A stretch of 64,000 nucleotides of DNA from Acanthaster planci (GCF_001949145.1 NW_019091358.1:2242240-2306239), one strand, 5' to 3'. Positions 12,007 through 26,836 are shown, counted from the stretch's first letter. Numbers and translations are program-made. Notes: generated by a model not told the origin, from the sequence alone.

Positions 12007-15000
12007 CTGTAAAAATGACAGAAATAATAATTATAGAACAAAGAAAAAGTAAATAAAAACAACCCTTGTTGGCATATGTTCGTGGAGGAGGAACGTCTAG
12101 CATGACAGGTGTTTTTCTAGTTTAAAACCCGCAACAAGTTCAACTTAAAGGGTTATTGCATTTTCCAAAAGTGTAAATATGCACACGTCGATTCCTTTGT
12201 ATTAAGAGATGGTATTAGTCTCTTTCCTTTGAAATACATTCAGTGTTTGTGCTGCGATAAGTCTTGCTTGAAGGCACAGACGGAGCAGACGGCACAGACG
12301 GAACTACAAGATAAGTAGCCGGAGTCGAAAAAAATCAACTTCAGTGCAGAACTGAGAATTCAATTCAAATTCTTCGGAGATTGAAGTAGCTTCCTGTGCA
12401 ACAGCAAAGTTGCAGCCTTTCTAAAAATTCTTTTCTCAGTGTTTCATGTCGAACTACTTTAGGAGTAATCATGACACATAGTCCCCCTCCCCAAAACCTC
12501 AGGCCCAAAAGTCTGTCTTTCTTTGAGGGAGTTAAACTTGTCAAGCGCAGGGGTTTCCACTCTAAATGTATCATATTGAGGCCAACAGTGAATCATTTAA
12601 GACAGGAATTTAGCAAACTTTACACTAAGTGTCTTTTCAAGGTCACGCTAGAAGGAATAGGAATTTCCTCTGCGATGCGTATTCCAGAGGCAAGCTTCCA
12701 TTAAAGATTAAGTACACGAGACACACCTGTGGTCATGGACACCCGATGCCCACACGTATTGTGTTTTTGCTTTTTTTCTTTTCTTTTCGTTTCATGTTTT
12801 TTTTCCATATGCCAAACAGAAGTAATGACCTCCCTCAATATTCTGCATGGAGCACATTCATTTGCTGCATTACGACACTAACGAAAAGAGATCAATTAAG
12901 GGCACAGACTTAAAAATACTGAATAAATTACCAGAAAGAAGTAAAGGAAGCCAAGGGTTTTAACACGTAACTCGCAGACTTGAAATACCCAGAGAGAGTA
13001 GCAAGAAATGATACCTTTAATTTCTGTCCAGTCCTTTTAGGCTGATGCTGCATCATTAATTGAGCCTTATGCATGCAGTGGTTATATCATTCTCGGTGTA
13101 AGCAGTGGCCTTGACACCATTAATTGTATCAGAAAGGAATGGGGATGTAGAATTTATCTCACTCCTTATCTTTCATATTATTAACTTAAACTTAAATTTA
13201 CTATGTACAGTGTTGCCCCAGTTACCGATCTGTTTAAGCTGAGGACTTTACCGAAATGAGTTATATATATATATACATATACACAAAAGGAAAGTCCACG
13301 TTTGGATGCAAAAAAATAGTTTCCTGGTTCCAGTGCCATCACAATTCACCTCAGATGCAAATGATTATGTGATCACAGTACATTCCAGGAATTCAAAACT
13401 AGGAAAAGAAATAGGATTGAATGTCAATGCCTGCGTTTTGGCTGGCATTTCTTTCTTTGGGGTTAGTCTACTTACTATCGTCATGCCTGTATTGACAACT
13501 TTTGTTTTTGAGGAAAAACTTCACAAACACTAGTACAAACACACAGGCGATATGCTGTGGATACTATACTGCCCAAGCGAAAAGATGTATACGAATTTTT
13601 AAAAAATAACAATAGGTCAAAATCCTACTTTTGACCAAAAGCTGGGCGAACGGGTAAAGTGCCGTTTTATGCTCATCAAAGAGCAGTCGATCTACAGCTC
13701 TTTCGTATATGGTATGGCGAATAGCGTCTATCTAGCTCAGCAAAATTTAATGATACTTAGCCATACCATGCTTTTAAAAAAATAGATTTGGCTAGTAACA
13801 AAGGAACCTTCTGTGGTTTCTCAAGACCCAAAAAGGTTGGTGCTGGTGAATGTAAGTGAAAGTCGAAGGTATTTGAAAAGAACACCTCAGGGTGAAGAAT
13901 CAGAAACTCTACTTTATTTGGTTTCAGTTGCTGAGATTAATATGGAAAAGAATTACTCAAGTGTCTAAATAACACGATTCCGGCCTCCCTGTTTTAAAGA
14001 AACTATACCCAGGGCCCATACTAAAAAGTTAACAACACACACTGCTTGATACACAACTTCTGCATTTCAGGGCAATCCTGATATGGAAGAAAATGATACT
14101 TAAATAACGGCATCACATTTCCACAAGTGAGACCGATAAAAACAACCACTACACCAAAACTAACATCACCCAAAAATGCCCCATCTGACTTTGAAAAGTC
14201 CGGTTCATACTTGGCGCATAAGCGAATACAAACGCGAATTTGTGACTTCAGATCAAATATTCGCGCTACGAATTCGATTTACAAGAGTTGCACAAATTTA
14301 AATCAACGAAAGTTTACTGCAAATCTATCTTTAGTCACTGGCCTTTACGCATTGCATCGTCGTGGTGACGGCAAAATCCTGATAACTCTGAAAGCATTTT
14401 AGGAACTGTGTTTCCACTATATGCTCATTCTTTGAGTTAATTGTCTTCTCTTGTAAATCTTCTTTTATTGTAAGCAGTTCGTTTTACTGAGGTAAATTTG
14501 CGTGAATAACATGAGAAAATAATTGGGCTGACACACTTTCCAAAAGAAAAGACCTGTTTCTTGAACGGACCTTTGGATTCTTGATTGTGTGGCGGTGTGG
14601 TTGTTTCCCCGGGCCTAACCTAAGTTTGATGATCAAGTCTGAAACCGGTTGGGGTCTTGGCTCTATCCTAAACTTGGGTTCCTCCTCGGTCCAGATATCA
14701 CTAAAAGCGACCTAAAGGATAAAGGAGAAGATCCGTTTTGGAGGAAATATACCGCCGATTATGATGACTGTGATGCTCTCTGCCAATTAGATATTACACA
14801 ACAACAAGGACACCTGACAATTAGATTGCTGGTAACCTCAACAACAATGTGATTTATTCAGACATTCAACGAATAATTAAGTGATTAATTATGGATAATT
14901 CGTACTGGGTAAGCTTTATTACAACCTCTATTGCTTTGCATGGTCTTGAGGAGAGGCTATTAGCAAAACACAGCTAATATCGCACTGCGTCGCGCCAATC

Positions 15001-18000
15001 AGCAACGCACTGACTAATGTCGCCTCGGGCAACTCCTACATGCAAAGCACAAAACAATGTCGCATCACATGAACGCTATCAGCGATGCACGTCCACCAAC
15101 GCTGGAACCAAGTAGCACTGCACATTTCAATGTCGCACTGCCTAAACAGCATCGCATTGCATAGCCCAGTGTCACTATAGCGATGCAGCCCGCATGCACT
15201 AAGCACAACGGCACGGCGTCTTGCTTTGTTATTGTATTTAAGACATAAAGATTATTTATATGATTTGGGAGTGTATCGCCAAATTATGTCTTCTTTAACA
15301 GAAGCGCACGTGTTCCTTCCAAGACGTAAGCGAACATGCTTCTTCCACATACCGATTTAATCTTCCTTATGTGATTGAAATGTAATTGGAATGATCCTTT
15401 CGATTTCAGGAGAAACTAACGAATAGGAATCGTTCATTGTGAAGGCAGAAGGAGAAAAGCCACTAATCAGAGGTCACATTTTTGTCAAAATGAAAATGAC
15501 GGCAGAGGGAAACTGCACGGCAGAAATGTCATATTTGACACTTTTTTCAACGTGACTGTTCCTTGACAAGTCGAATTTTCCCAGAGGAGAAACGTTAATA
15601 CCTAACTCTCTTCGGTCCGTTCGAGCAGCATTATAACCATGGCAGCGGCAGGTAAGTACCATGGAAAAAAATTCAAAGGGGGGGGGTCGTTCTGGACAGA
15701 GCTTCTCATTAGACTGTCAAAGAAACATCTCCATGGTAACTGGCGATATTTAGGAGTAATAGTTGGAGCAGGAGTGATGTCTCCCGGCAGTATTTGACCG
15801 ACAAACTTTAATCCGGTGTGATCCCGATGAGGCGGTAGTTGCTTACACGCAGTTTGATATCCCTCACCCTGACCAAAATACTAGTAAATTTCAAATTGTA
15901 TAGTTAAGTCACATATGCCTCGTCGTGAGAGTTACTTTGGCCCTTCCTTCGAGATGATCATGGATTGGAATGGAGGCCAGGTATATCACGTGGATCATTA
16001 TCAATGATGTTCGGAGTCCTTGTAAGAACTAAGCTATAGTAAAAGTGTTTCACTATCACGTTCTTTCGTCAGCCTTGGATGGCATCGTTTGAGACAACCA
16101 ATGTTCTTTACCGGGTAAGCAGACCGGCATGTCTTAGACCGTTCTCCGTGCAAACCGAACAATCAATTGTTGGCGATATTTAACGATGATGAGGGTTTCT
16201 CAGAGCATCACATATTGGTGTAGTTTTACAGACGTACACTAGAATTAAGATGAACGCTAAATCCCGGTTTGTTAAAGAACCTCTAGTGTCACAGAGTGTC
16301 ACTTGTCTTATTCCCCCCTTTTTGTAGCATCTTCCTATGCCTGACAGGATGGAATTTGTTCCCCTTATTCATTTCCTGTGAAATACCGATATTGCTCCGA
16401 GAGGCAAAGTGTCTCCGGCTCGCCAAAAATAGAATGAAGGCTTTAATCTGGTCTGTCAAATTCGAAATGAAAAGCCCGGAGGTCCGCATTCAGAGGTTTA
16501 TATCGAAGGGCATTTATCGCGAAGCTGGGCAGCCCGCCGAGAAGAGGGGAAAGCTAAGGAAAGCGAAATGGGCTTCTCGCGGCGTTTGATTTATGAATTT
16601 GGAAAAATACAAACGATAACGCTTTCAAAAAGCTCGTAAACAAAATGCAACAGGCAACCCAGTGCATGCAATGGACTGAACACTGCTAACTCATACATAA
16701 TTGTTTCACATGTACGTAGTGTGGGCATTCTTTTATTCTCTTGTGGTTGAGAAAACTTGTTAAAACTTGTTATTTTCCTCCTAATCATAACTTTCAAGCT
16801 GGTTTCTTGATGACTTCCCGAGCTGTTCCTCTTCATGTTGCCAAGGTAAGCCCTGACCTCAAAATGCCTCCGAAGGCTTTTTTCCCCAGGTAGGGCAAAA
16901 CACTGTGTGGACGTGTACGAGTCTCACAACGCTTTTGCTTTATACATTATGTGGACTTCTTTTGTGCAAATCATGGCCACCTACATATACCACGGTTGCG
17001 CACATCTGCATGCCTGTGTTCCGAATCTCTTAGCTGGATCTAGGTCTTAGCTCCAATGGAAATGCATGGAGACGCGTAGACAATAGACCTAGCCGTAGCT
17101 CTGGAAGCCCGTTTCGGACACGGCCTGTGACACGAAAAAAAAACACACACACGAGCGCGTGCCTACTAAGTTGAATCCATTTTCTGAAAGCTTTTAACGC
17201 TACCCTAATCTGTGTCTAATAGCCAAAAGAAAAGTCATGAGTAAATTACATCTCACAAACCAAAGAAAAAAACCAACGTAAAAGGAAAACGATTTAATTT
17301 GAAGCAGAATAAAACAGGTAACCAGTTTGTAACTTTATAAGCAACTCAGCATTTTTAAGTTATTTTCTTGAGTCTTTTAAATTCTTAGTTTAAATACCCC
17401 ACATTTTGTATTAATCAAACTTTCGGCATAGACCTACATTTATGAAAAAGGCAGATGGAAACGAGTTTGCTTATGAAGTTAGAAAGCCTACAAAACAGTT
17501 CGTGTTGAAAAACTTAAACTAAATATAACCTCACTATCCCGTTCCTCCTATAATAATAAATTTGATGCGCAACACCACTACCTACCCTTCACATTAGAAA
17601 GTTACACTGAAGCAATGATAACAAAAACGACGTTACCAAAAGACGTAATATATAATTGATGAGATTTATTAAAAGATTTATTAAGCAGATGATTTATAGG
17701 AACTTCCGGTAGCAATGAAGCAGATCCTTCAAAACAGAATTCTAATCACTATCAGAAAGAAATATAATCGAATTCGTACTCCACTTGGTGCTTAGTTGTG
17801 GCGCGGTGTTACTGCTTCGGCCTCCTCTTGAGGGAGACAGCAGGTCTCCGTAGGAAATCACTCGAAAATCACCCCAGGGTACAGCTTGATTTCCACCTCA
17901 TTCAACTGCTCTGTTCCAGTTGCTGAGTCCATTGCCATGTGGGCGGCTCAGCCAGCAACGGAAGACGCCGCCAACAATCGTCATTGAACCCAGCTGCGCG

Positions 18001-19704
18001 TAGTCCTTTTACTTTTTTGTTTTCAGTGTTTTGCAAGGTGTATTTCATACCAGACCCAGGAATATTTGCAAAGCTAAAGTTGCAGATCTTCCCCGCTCTC
18101 GAGTGGAGAGGGGAGCTCTCTTATTCACCTTTGAGCACCCTCAAACTTGCCGAGGTGTTTGTCGACGCAAAACTGGCGTTGAATATCAGTTTTAGTCCTT
18201 GTTTCTGCTTTTTCAGCCATTCTAGTTCTCAGGTCCTTCCGGTCTATTCCCTGGACGTTTCAAAGCCAGTAAATGTCATCCAATGCAGTTCTAATATTGT
18301 TAAAGTGCTCTCCTTTGAGGGCAGCCACTGTTATTAGTCCAGTTCCCTGTGCCGACAACACGACATCTGAATCCAACACTGCTCAGATTTTTTTCTTAAT
18401 TGCTCCAATCTAATAAATATAAAAAATACCCTTTAAAAAAGTGTTTCATCTTTGATTGCTAGCGACTTCTATGAACGATGAAGCACGCGGTGCAGTACTG
18501 ATTTCTTCCTTTAACTGTTTTATTTTTTTCCGGGAGGTCTTCAACTATTTCCGTTTCTGAGATATTGAGTTTCAATCTCCTATGACATCGTAAAATATAA
18601 TTTTATGTCCCGTTTTGGTTACGATAATGCGAATTGAAAAACTCTTTGAGGGTTCCGTAACTGTATTCTTTGCCGTTCTTAAGTGATTTCTCACTTCTTT
18701 AAGTCCTGAGAAGCTCCTCGACGGGTCTGAGTGCCTATCGGGGCTTTTAAGTAATTAAGTCCTTTGTTTGTAAACGTTGTTGACAGGGAGTTGGTGAACA
18801 CTGTTCGAATCTCACTATGACAACATATTCTCTGTTCAACCGATTTTGTTTTGAAAGAGAGGGACGGTGGCAGTGTTGTGCGAAATGTCTGAACCGAGCC
18901 TCCATTCTCAATATCAGTATGAATATGGTTTGTATGTGGATGTGTGCAAACCTTACATACCTACTGTGGACTCGTGGACGAAAGATGTCCACACAGTGGA
19001 CATAATGCAGGAAGGCACTAGTTCTGTGGACTCCACATCTACAGGAGGTTTCCCCTTCTTAGAAAAAAAGAGGTTAAGGAGCTAGGCATCTTTGGGTTAG
19101 GGTCATTTGTTGCAAACGAAAAAGGGCAGTCAAGGAAACCATACAAAAGTCCAGCTTAAAACAATCTTCACAGTTCATTGACAAATATGAATCTGAGTTG
19201 CACGCAAACGAAGTAATGTGCACAATGTCTATGGAAAGTAGGTGCGGGTGGGATGTGTGCAAGCGTGACATCTGCCCAAAAGAAGCCCACATAGAATACA
19301 AAGACGTTGTGTGGACTTGCACGTGTCCACACAGTATTTTTCCTCTTTTCACCGTGTTTTCTCAACCAGAGGAGAACAAATGATTGCCATGCTACGAATG
19401 TGAAACTAATGTTCTCTCTGTGTGTGGGTGTGTGCAGCATGTTTACAGTGGTCTGTCAGGCTAAACCCCGCCCCCCCAAAAAGAAGTAGTACCGAAGCAG
19501 CTAATACAGGTGGACCCTGGTTCCTGAGTACATCTGCAAAGTTCACTTTTGCATGCCCTCTCACTTAAATGTGATCAAAAATGTTGTCATCGTCATACCC
19601 TGGCCGAACTTTTCTTTTCATTTCCATGTCCGTTAGCCATTGCAGGACGTGCAGTTACTTTATGGGCAACTATTACAATTCACGTCGCATTTATTACTAG
19701 CAGA

Positions 19705-19980
19705 ATTTTTATATTTGTGGTGTGTATATTTATAATTTATATTTTGTCATTTGTATTAATATTTGCTGTTTGTATTCATTTTTGAGTTGTAATTGTATTA
19801 GACAGACGCTTCATTTGTATTTTTGTCAGTTGCATTTATATTTTTCGTTTGCATATTTATCGTTGGTATTTATACTTGTCATTTGTATTTATAATTTTAG
19901 TTTGTATATATATTTTTCTTTTTTTGAGCTTTAATTCACGTTTGTCATTTGGATATTTATATTTTTCGTGTTGTAGTTTT
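19705..19980. repeat. T-rich degenerate short tandem repeat (ATTTGT/ATTTAT-like)
   Basis: Repeated TATTTG, CATTTGT and TATTTAT motifs over ~280 bp. Confidence 0.7.
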
Positions 19981-22900
19981 TGCCCCTATAACCATTCACT
20001 TGCTTTTGAATTGGTCGGTTATCATCAAACTGTAACATGGAAATTAACTTAGGGTCCCATGGGACCATTTCCAAATTCCAATGAGAAGTACTCAAACGTT
20101 ACATAAGAATGGCAGGCATATTTAACAGCAAGGCAGCTGACAACATACAGCGTCGCTCCGGCACGCTCACTAATCCCCGAATGTAAATGAAATGCGTAGC
20201 ATTGCGGACGTTATGTGTAGATTGCTTATATGAGGAGCGACATGTGATTTTCATGTCTACGAAACACTGGCAGGTCGATTGTGATATTGGCAATACCTCT
20301 GAGATTATTTATTGGCGTCATTGTTAAAATTCCGTCTAGACAGCAGCTGTCAAACTAAAACACCCAAATATAAGATGGTTTACACCACGCCTCTTCTTAA
20401 TTCAACGTGAACTTCCCCCGATAATGAATATACATTGAATATATCAATCGCTGCTTCTGTATCAAAAGAAGCCCATGTTGTTCACTACATGTGGATGCTA
20501 TGAACAGACTCTCCACAACAAACTATACCGGGAATGGCTGGAACCGGTACTATCACGAATGCAGACCACTAGCTTTAAACTTGTAGTTGAACTATATTTA
20601 AATGGCCTAGCCTTGAACAACAATGTTGTATTCCCTGAGGGCTGCTTTGCCCAGAATAAGGCAATCAAGGGGGTCTCTACAAACTTAACTCGTCGTGCAA
20701 CTTCATTCTGGCTATTCCGAACAACGATGAAATAACGACCACACCTCAAGCTCACACAACATCTTATCGTTGAGGCTTTCCAGAGGGGAAAAAAGAGAAC
20801 TTCCTCATCAGGAAATCACAGAACAGTGAAATTTGAGAGTTGTTGCTACTTTGATGAGGACAAGGAGGCCCAGTAAATATCACTTACGTTACGTCAGGCG
20901 ATGAAATTCCTGGTATTTAGAGTGAAACCGAGATGGCGTCTCGGATGCATTCAATTGCAATGTACCTGAATATAGCTACGCTAAGAAACGTCACCTGATC
21001 GGCTGAGGCCTTTTATCCACCGTTAAATGCATACAGGTTCGCACAAAACAATGACATTTTCCTCCCGCCATAAATCCCGTCACAAGACCTGTAATTGGAT
21101 AACCCATGAGTGCATATCAAACACTAAGGAAATACATCCTGGCTCCGGACTAAGACTAACGCTCACATCGTCAGAGAGGGGAGAGCAGCTAATACCAGTC
21201 AACAATCTCGCACAGTCAAGCTTTGCATGCAAATGGTTTGTGTGGTATTCCTGCCTTGATGTTTCCATTGAGCCGGCCATCCATAGTAGATCCGGTTTCG
21301 TCTGCAGATAGGCCTTGCTCTGATCCAGGTGGCTCTTGCGGCGCACGGTCGAATGGGCAACCTTCGCCAGAAACCTGCGACTCGATAGCACAAAATCATT
21401 ACACTTCCGCCAAAGGCTGAACATAGCCTGAAGAGAGTGCTCCCTGTTGTGAATTGTATCGTTAAATTCAGTAGGAAGGTTAGACAGGACAGCACAAAAA
21501 CTACACCCTTGGCCAGGCTGCATAGAATGAATAAAATATACAGAATCATATGCACCAATGCACCTTTTCATGCACGTACTGTTAGCGCTTTCTGCTCCCA
21601 TGCAATAAACTTCCACTGGCCATGGTGGAAAGAAAGCGCCAACATTATTCGGTAATGAATCGTAAAAAAAAAGAAAAGACGGGGATTGGTGAAAGACTCA
21701 AAACGCACATGTGAAAAGGGGGCTTCACAAGCAGTTAACATAAACAGTATCCTCAACAAGTTTCATATATAAACCATCGATTTTCCCTATCGACTGCAAG
21801 GGTGTGTGGGAGATGGATAATGGTGATTTTCATCATGCAATTGGCTAAACAAAAAGTATTTCAAAAGTTGGTAAAGGTGAGGGTTGCAGGAAAATGTAAC
21901 GGGAAGAAAAGGTAGGTAAGATAAAGGAGCTATGTCATCTTGAATGTGAAATATAGTTGTTCACATTGCAGTGGGACTGAAAAAAGTCGTAGGCATCTAA
22001 ATTGATACTGCCAAAATGGCTTGTGATTAGCAATTACACACCAAATCATCAAAACTTTCAACTGTCAGTCAGTTTTATTACGATCACGAGGGCTTTCAAA
22101 CAATTGAAAGGGCACTGAGTTGACAAAATTGATGTGTGTTTGACGCACGACCCCTCCCCGTAAATGTGTACATGGACACATTCAGGTAGTTTGGGCACGA
22201 CATAGGCGTTGTTTTCACAAGATACGGAAGCCTTCTTCACGTCCATGGTGTGAAGAGTTAGCAGCTATCCATGGCGTCGTGTAGGCTACACGAAGCTACC
22301 AGAGAAGCGTGTTCCCCTGCCGGATGGCTACATTGCCACAACGCCTACAACCCACTAAAGAATATGTCACTTGAGGGGTACATGACTGAAATAAATACAA
22401 GAGGGGATAGCTTCCTTGAAGAAAGACCTTTGCAAGAGAGAAAAATTAAATTAGGTTCATGAAACTACCCACGTGGGCTCCGATTTGTAGGAAAATTAAA
22501 GGTGCAGTTCTACCTGATCTTAACACACGTTAATCATTTTGTGCAGCAGACCTCTGTGTATGTCACAGTCATTTTGTGCTACCAGGAGAGAGCAAGTAAA
22601 ATATGGCCGGTGGTCAGTACAAAAGGAAATTAACTATTCTAAAGCTGTTAGAAAAATCTCAGACAGATTTCAAAATACTAAATCATTAGTACTTATATAA
22701 TTATACTAGTTGTCAAATGAAAATACCTCTCTTTATTATTCAACGGGTAAGGGTCCATTTGGGGCAAAGCCCATTGCTATACAAGCAAGGGCTGAACGGT
22801 CGGGGTGGTTAATTAACAAAACCGGAGAGTGAAAATACCAGCAACAAAATAAGGGCTTTTGTTACAAATCAATGCCAGTTCATATTTTGAATAATTCAAA

Positions 22901-24321
22901 ACCAAAAATAGTCTGGCACAGTCTCACTGAACAGATCACATTGAATATGATTCATTCAGGTAGCATGATCTAAATGGCTCCCCGCTAATAAGGTCTATTA
23001 CCCTGCAAAATAAGGGCGATTCACAATACAGCGCCACAAAGAGATTGGTATGAAAAGGCCATTTTTCACAGCCCATCCTTGGTAATGTCCACAAATCTAT
23101 TCACCGGTGGTTCGTGGGGAACTTGAATTATTCCCTGTGTTTATCAGGGAAGAAGATTCGTAAGTGAATTTCGAGAAGCAGTTTTCATAATCAATCCTGT
23201 CCTGTTTCTATTGCAAAGAATGTGTTAATCTATCAAACATTTCCCTAATACGGTGCGCTCGAATACAAATCTTAGCAAGGTGGCTATGTTTATGTCGATT
23301 GTTAACTTGAAAATGGCCTCTCCGTAGCAACCTCTTGGTGATGCACCATATTGACACTCGCCCCATTGTTGCAGCATTCCTAGGAGTCCAAAGGTGTACG
23401 GTGATTTGTACTATAACTGGAAATTAAAGGACAGAATGCTGAATCGCAAGCGTCTGTGCAGCCTTTCGTACGCCCCTTTTTTGTTAGAACTGTGCGGCAA
23501 AGATACTGTTCGCACCAAGTGGACCACAATCCAGTCATCACTGCCTTTTGTGGACTCGCCCCAGAAACGTGACAGGATTCCCAACAGCGGCCCTTGGACC
23601 GTCGTCGGTAAATACGCAACTGCCGTGGACATCCTACCAACTGGATGGTAATCGGCCACGTAGATTTCCATCGACGTATGCAGGCCGGGACCACCGCTTG
23701 AAAAATATTTACATTTCCGATTATTTTAAGAGACACTAACTCATTTACGTTTGGCAGTAAAATCAATTACTCGAACGTTTTATATCGGTCAATCCAATTA
23801 CTAATTTTCAGTTGTACATGTACCATATCCCCACAATCATGCATATGCATTGCAATCCATGGATGCTGAGTGCAGGAAGTCCGCAATCAAGTTAAGAAGC
23901 CAACATACGACTTGCTCGGAAATGTAAGTAGGCAGCCTGCTGAGAAGACTGCAAAGCTCAGGATTGAAAAGAGCCTTAACTGATGGTGCTGTAAAGTGTG
24001 CTTTACTACCAGCTCGCGAAATTGTAAAATTACTTCGAAATTGTTATTTGTGAATGTAAATTCCCAGAACAACGCAGGTTGATCGTAAAACTGCGATTGA
24101 AATACAGTCCATGAAAGCACACACAGCAAATTAAAATTGAAAAAGCTTCACTTGACCCATTGGGACTACACAAATATACAGGAAATTGAAATCTGATTTT
24201 CCCTGATTAATCTCTCGGCAGCAGCAATAGGCAATTTATGATTTAGAGAATGACAAGACAAGAAGACACATGGACGAAGCACTTGAGCAGTTATCAGGGG
24301 TGCTTATACAGGAAATGTGGG

Positions 24322-24807
24322 TCTTGTTCTTCTTGTTCTCCTTCTTGTTCTTGTTCTTCTTGTCGTTGTTCTTGTTGTTCTTTTGTTGTTCTTCTTGTTC
24401 TTTTGTTGTACTTCTTGTTGTTCTTCTTGTTTTTCTTGTTGTTCTTCTTTTTACTCTTGTTCTTGTTGTTCTTGTTCTTGTTGTTGTTCTTCTTCTTCTT
24501 GTTCTTGTTGTTCTTTTGTTGTTCTTCTTGTTGTTCTTGTTCTTGTTGTTCTTCTTGTTGCTCTTGTTCTTGTTGTTGTTCTTCTTCTTCTTGTTCTTGT
24601 TGTTGTTCTTGTTCTTGTTGTTCTTCTTGTTGCTCTTGTTCTTGTTGTTGTTCTTCTTCTTCTTGTTCTTCTTGTTGCTCTTGTTCTTGTTGTTGTTCTT
24701 CTTCTTCTTGTTCTTGTTGTTGCTCTTGTTCTTGTTGTTGTTCTTCTTCTTGTTGTTCTTTTTGTTGTTCTTCTTGTTGTTCTTGTTCTTCTTGTTGTTG
24801 TTCTTGT
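24322..24807. repeat. Compound (CTT/GTT)n trinucleotide microsatellite, ~490 bp
   Basis: Continuous TTC/TTG triplets with occasional CTC; accounts for the three overlapping poly-C/S, poly-L/F and poly-V/L ORFs. Confidence 0.97.
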
Positions 24808-26836
24808 TTTGGTGTTTTTATGGCACTTTCAGACTCAGGCTATTCACGTTTATCCATACACTTCATAAATCAGCATCTCGTTACATAGTTAGGAAGATGG
24901 TCCAGTTTTAGAGGCAGGAGAAAAGCGAGGAAAGAACTGGTACGCTAACCTGCTCACCCATAAATTGTCTATGTACGATGTACATTTATGATTGCAAGTA
25001 AGGTAGCGCAGTAGCAACAACACATAACGGGAGTGGCACATCCACGTGCGATGCGTTCCCCACCAGTTTGATTTCATATTTTTTGAGGTTTCAATAATTC
25101 ATTATGCAAAACGTTTTCCAAATTTGTATGGAGTAAAGCTCAAAAATCTCTGCCCGAGTTTATATCATGCTTCAAATGTGATTGTAGTTAAAAATATGAA
25201 GACTTTTGTAGTCAAAGGAGAAAGAGAGTTGACAGAATTTTAGATCAAAAGAACCTGACATTTTAGAATACATAAAAATTATTATTCATTACAAATTCAT
25301 CACGGTGATTCCCTATAACTCAATCTAAGTACCCACTCATAACATTTTACGGCGCTTTCTACTTAATGGCCAGATCTCCCTAGAGAGCATTTTCAGTGGA
25401 TGAAAAGGTCTAACATCTTGGTTGGTCACATACTTTTTGCCTTGTCCTTTGTCAGCACCTGTTATCATCTGGGGGGGGGAGGAAGTAGACATTTTTCTAG
25501 TATTAAAACGAGGCTAAATCTGATTTAGATAATTTCCGCCCCCACCCCCAAAAAACAGCATTGCTCTGCTTGAACGTACACATTTAAATTCATGGATGAA
25601 TCATAGCATTATTTTTTACAACAAGATGATTATCTTAGCTGTAGCTGAAAGGAGACGAAACTGGTTCCCTAGGTACGTTCATGGCTGTTCGTATACCTGA
25701 TATTTATGCCTGTAAATTTGATGCAACCATAGAGGAGGGAACACAGAAGCTTGAACATCCCGGCGAAGAAAATGAAGCCAATTTTTGGAATGACCATAGC
25801 AACCGTATTCTGAGCGATTACGTCACTCGCTGAACCCAGGCACCATACAGTAATGATCGTTGCTATTTCAGTGGTAATCGATAACCTCTCTAGTCAACGT
25901 GCGATACAGAACACGGTTTTTCTTAAGCGCAGCTGTACTCCAAGGGTCTTACACGATTGGTACATGTGTTCAAGCGCTTGTAATGAGAGACTTTCTTATG
26001 CCAATCCTTTTGCCCATTCAGAGCATGCACGTAGTTCTTAGCATGGGTGCATAGTTTTGAGCCTGCACAAGACTGTGGAAAAGGACCGTAATGACCGCTA
26101 CCACTGGCATCTCAAAATGTCCCATCCGAAACACTTTTACTCTTTTCTTTTTAAATGAATGGACATTTCGCTAAAACATCTCATTTTAGTATAATTTATC
26201 ATCTTTTATATTTTTGACATTGCTGTATTCTGCTTAGTCAAGAATTTGTATTTTCGAGCTGTTCACGAAATTTAGAAGCTTTTCCATTTCATTGTTCTCC
26301 CATGAGAAAGGTAATGCGGTTTCTCAAGCAACAAAAACAGGTACAGAATCATCAGTGCAATTCAAATTTCTAAAATCTCTCTAGTATCCGAAAATTGTGT
26401 TTGACCGTGGAATCTGACATGATGCTAAAACTTTTTAAGTCTTCACAAGACACGGTGTGTGCGTACACGAAAAGTGTGGTATTACTTATAATGCAAGGCA
26501 GATACATTTTTGGTACAACATTGCTGCCAGTCTATGGTTGGTGTAGACAGGTTGAGATTGTGAAGCAAGTGGTTTTAAGACGGCGACAGCGATCTTCAAG
26601 CACTTTTAAGTGCCAGAGTTGTAAGTCCCCTATGTTTTTCCTCTCTGATATGCAACCCACTTGCTAGCCAATAGATAGTGTTGATCAGAAATGACCCGAA
26701 GACTACGGATTGTTCGTTGCGATGTTATAGAAGCCCTGTGCAAGCTGATCACAAGTTGATCGAGATGCAGATGTCTTACATTGATTTACGTTTGCCGTGG
26801 GAGCGTATATTCAGTGGGCTTTGGAATCCTCGGGAC

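Noticed and set aside
12007..12103. N-terminal 'MLDVPPP...' part of the 235-aa ORF as a standalone gene start
   Set aside because: It lies upstream of a canonical acceptor, corresponds to the polypyrimidine tract and has no GPCR similarity.
20888..20965. 78-nt segment with good splice sites in intron 2, a possible alternative exon
   Set aside because: Stop codons in all three frames and no GPCR similarity; cannot be supported without transcript data.
20440..23770. Coding-like stretches and ORFs at 20475-21655, 22058-22462 and 23380-23766
   Set aside because: No recognisable domain in the frames I examined; possibly very old transposon debris but not assignable.
24250..24911. Three long overlapping ORFs (Cys/Ser-rich, Leu/Phe-rich, Val/Leu-rich) resembling metallothionein or membrane proteins
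   Set aside because: They are translations of a stop-free CTT/GTT microsatellite.
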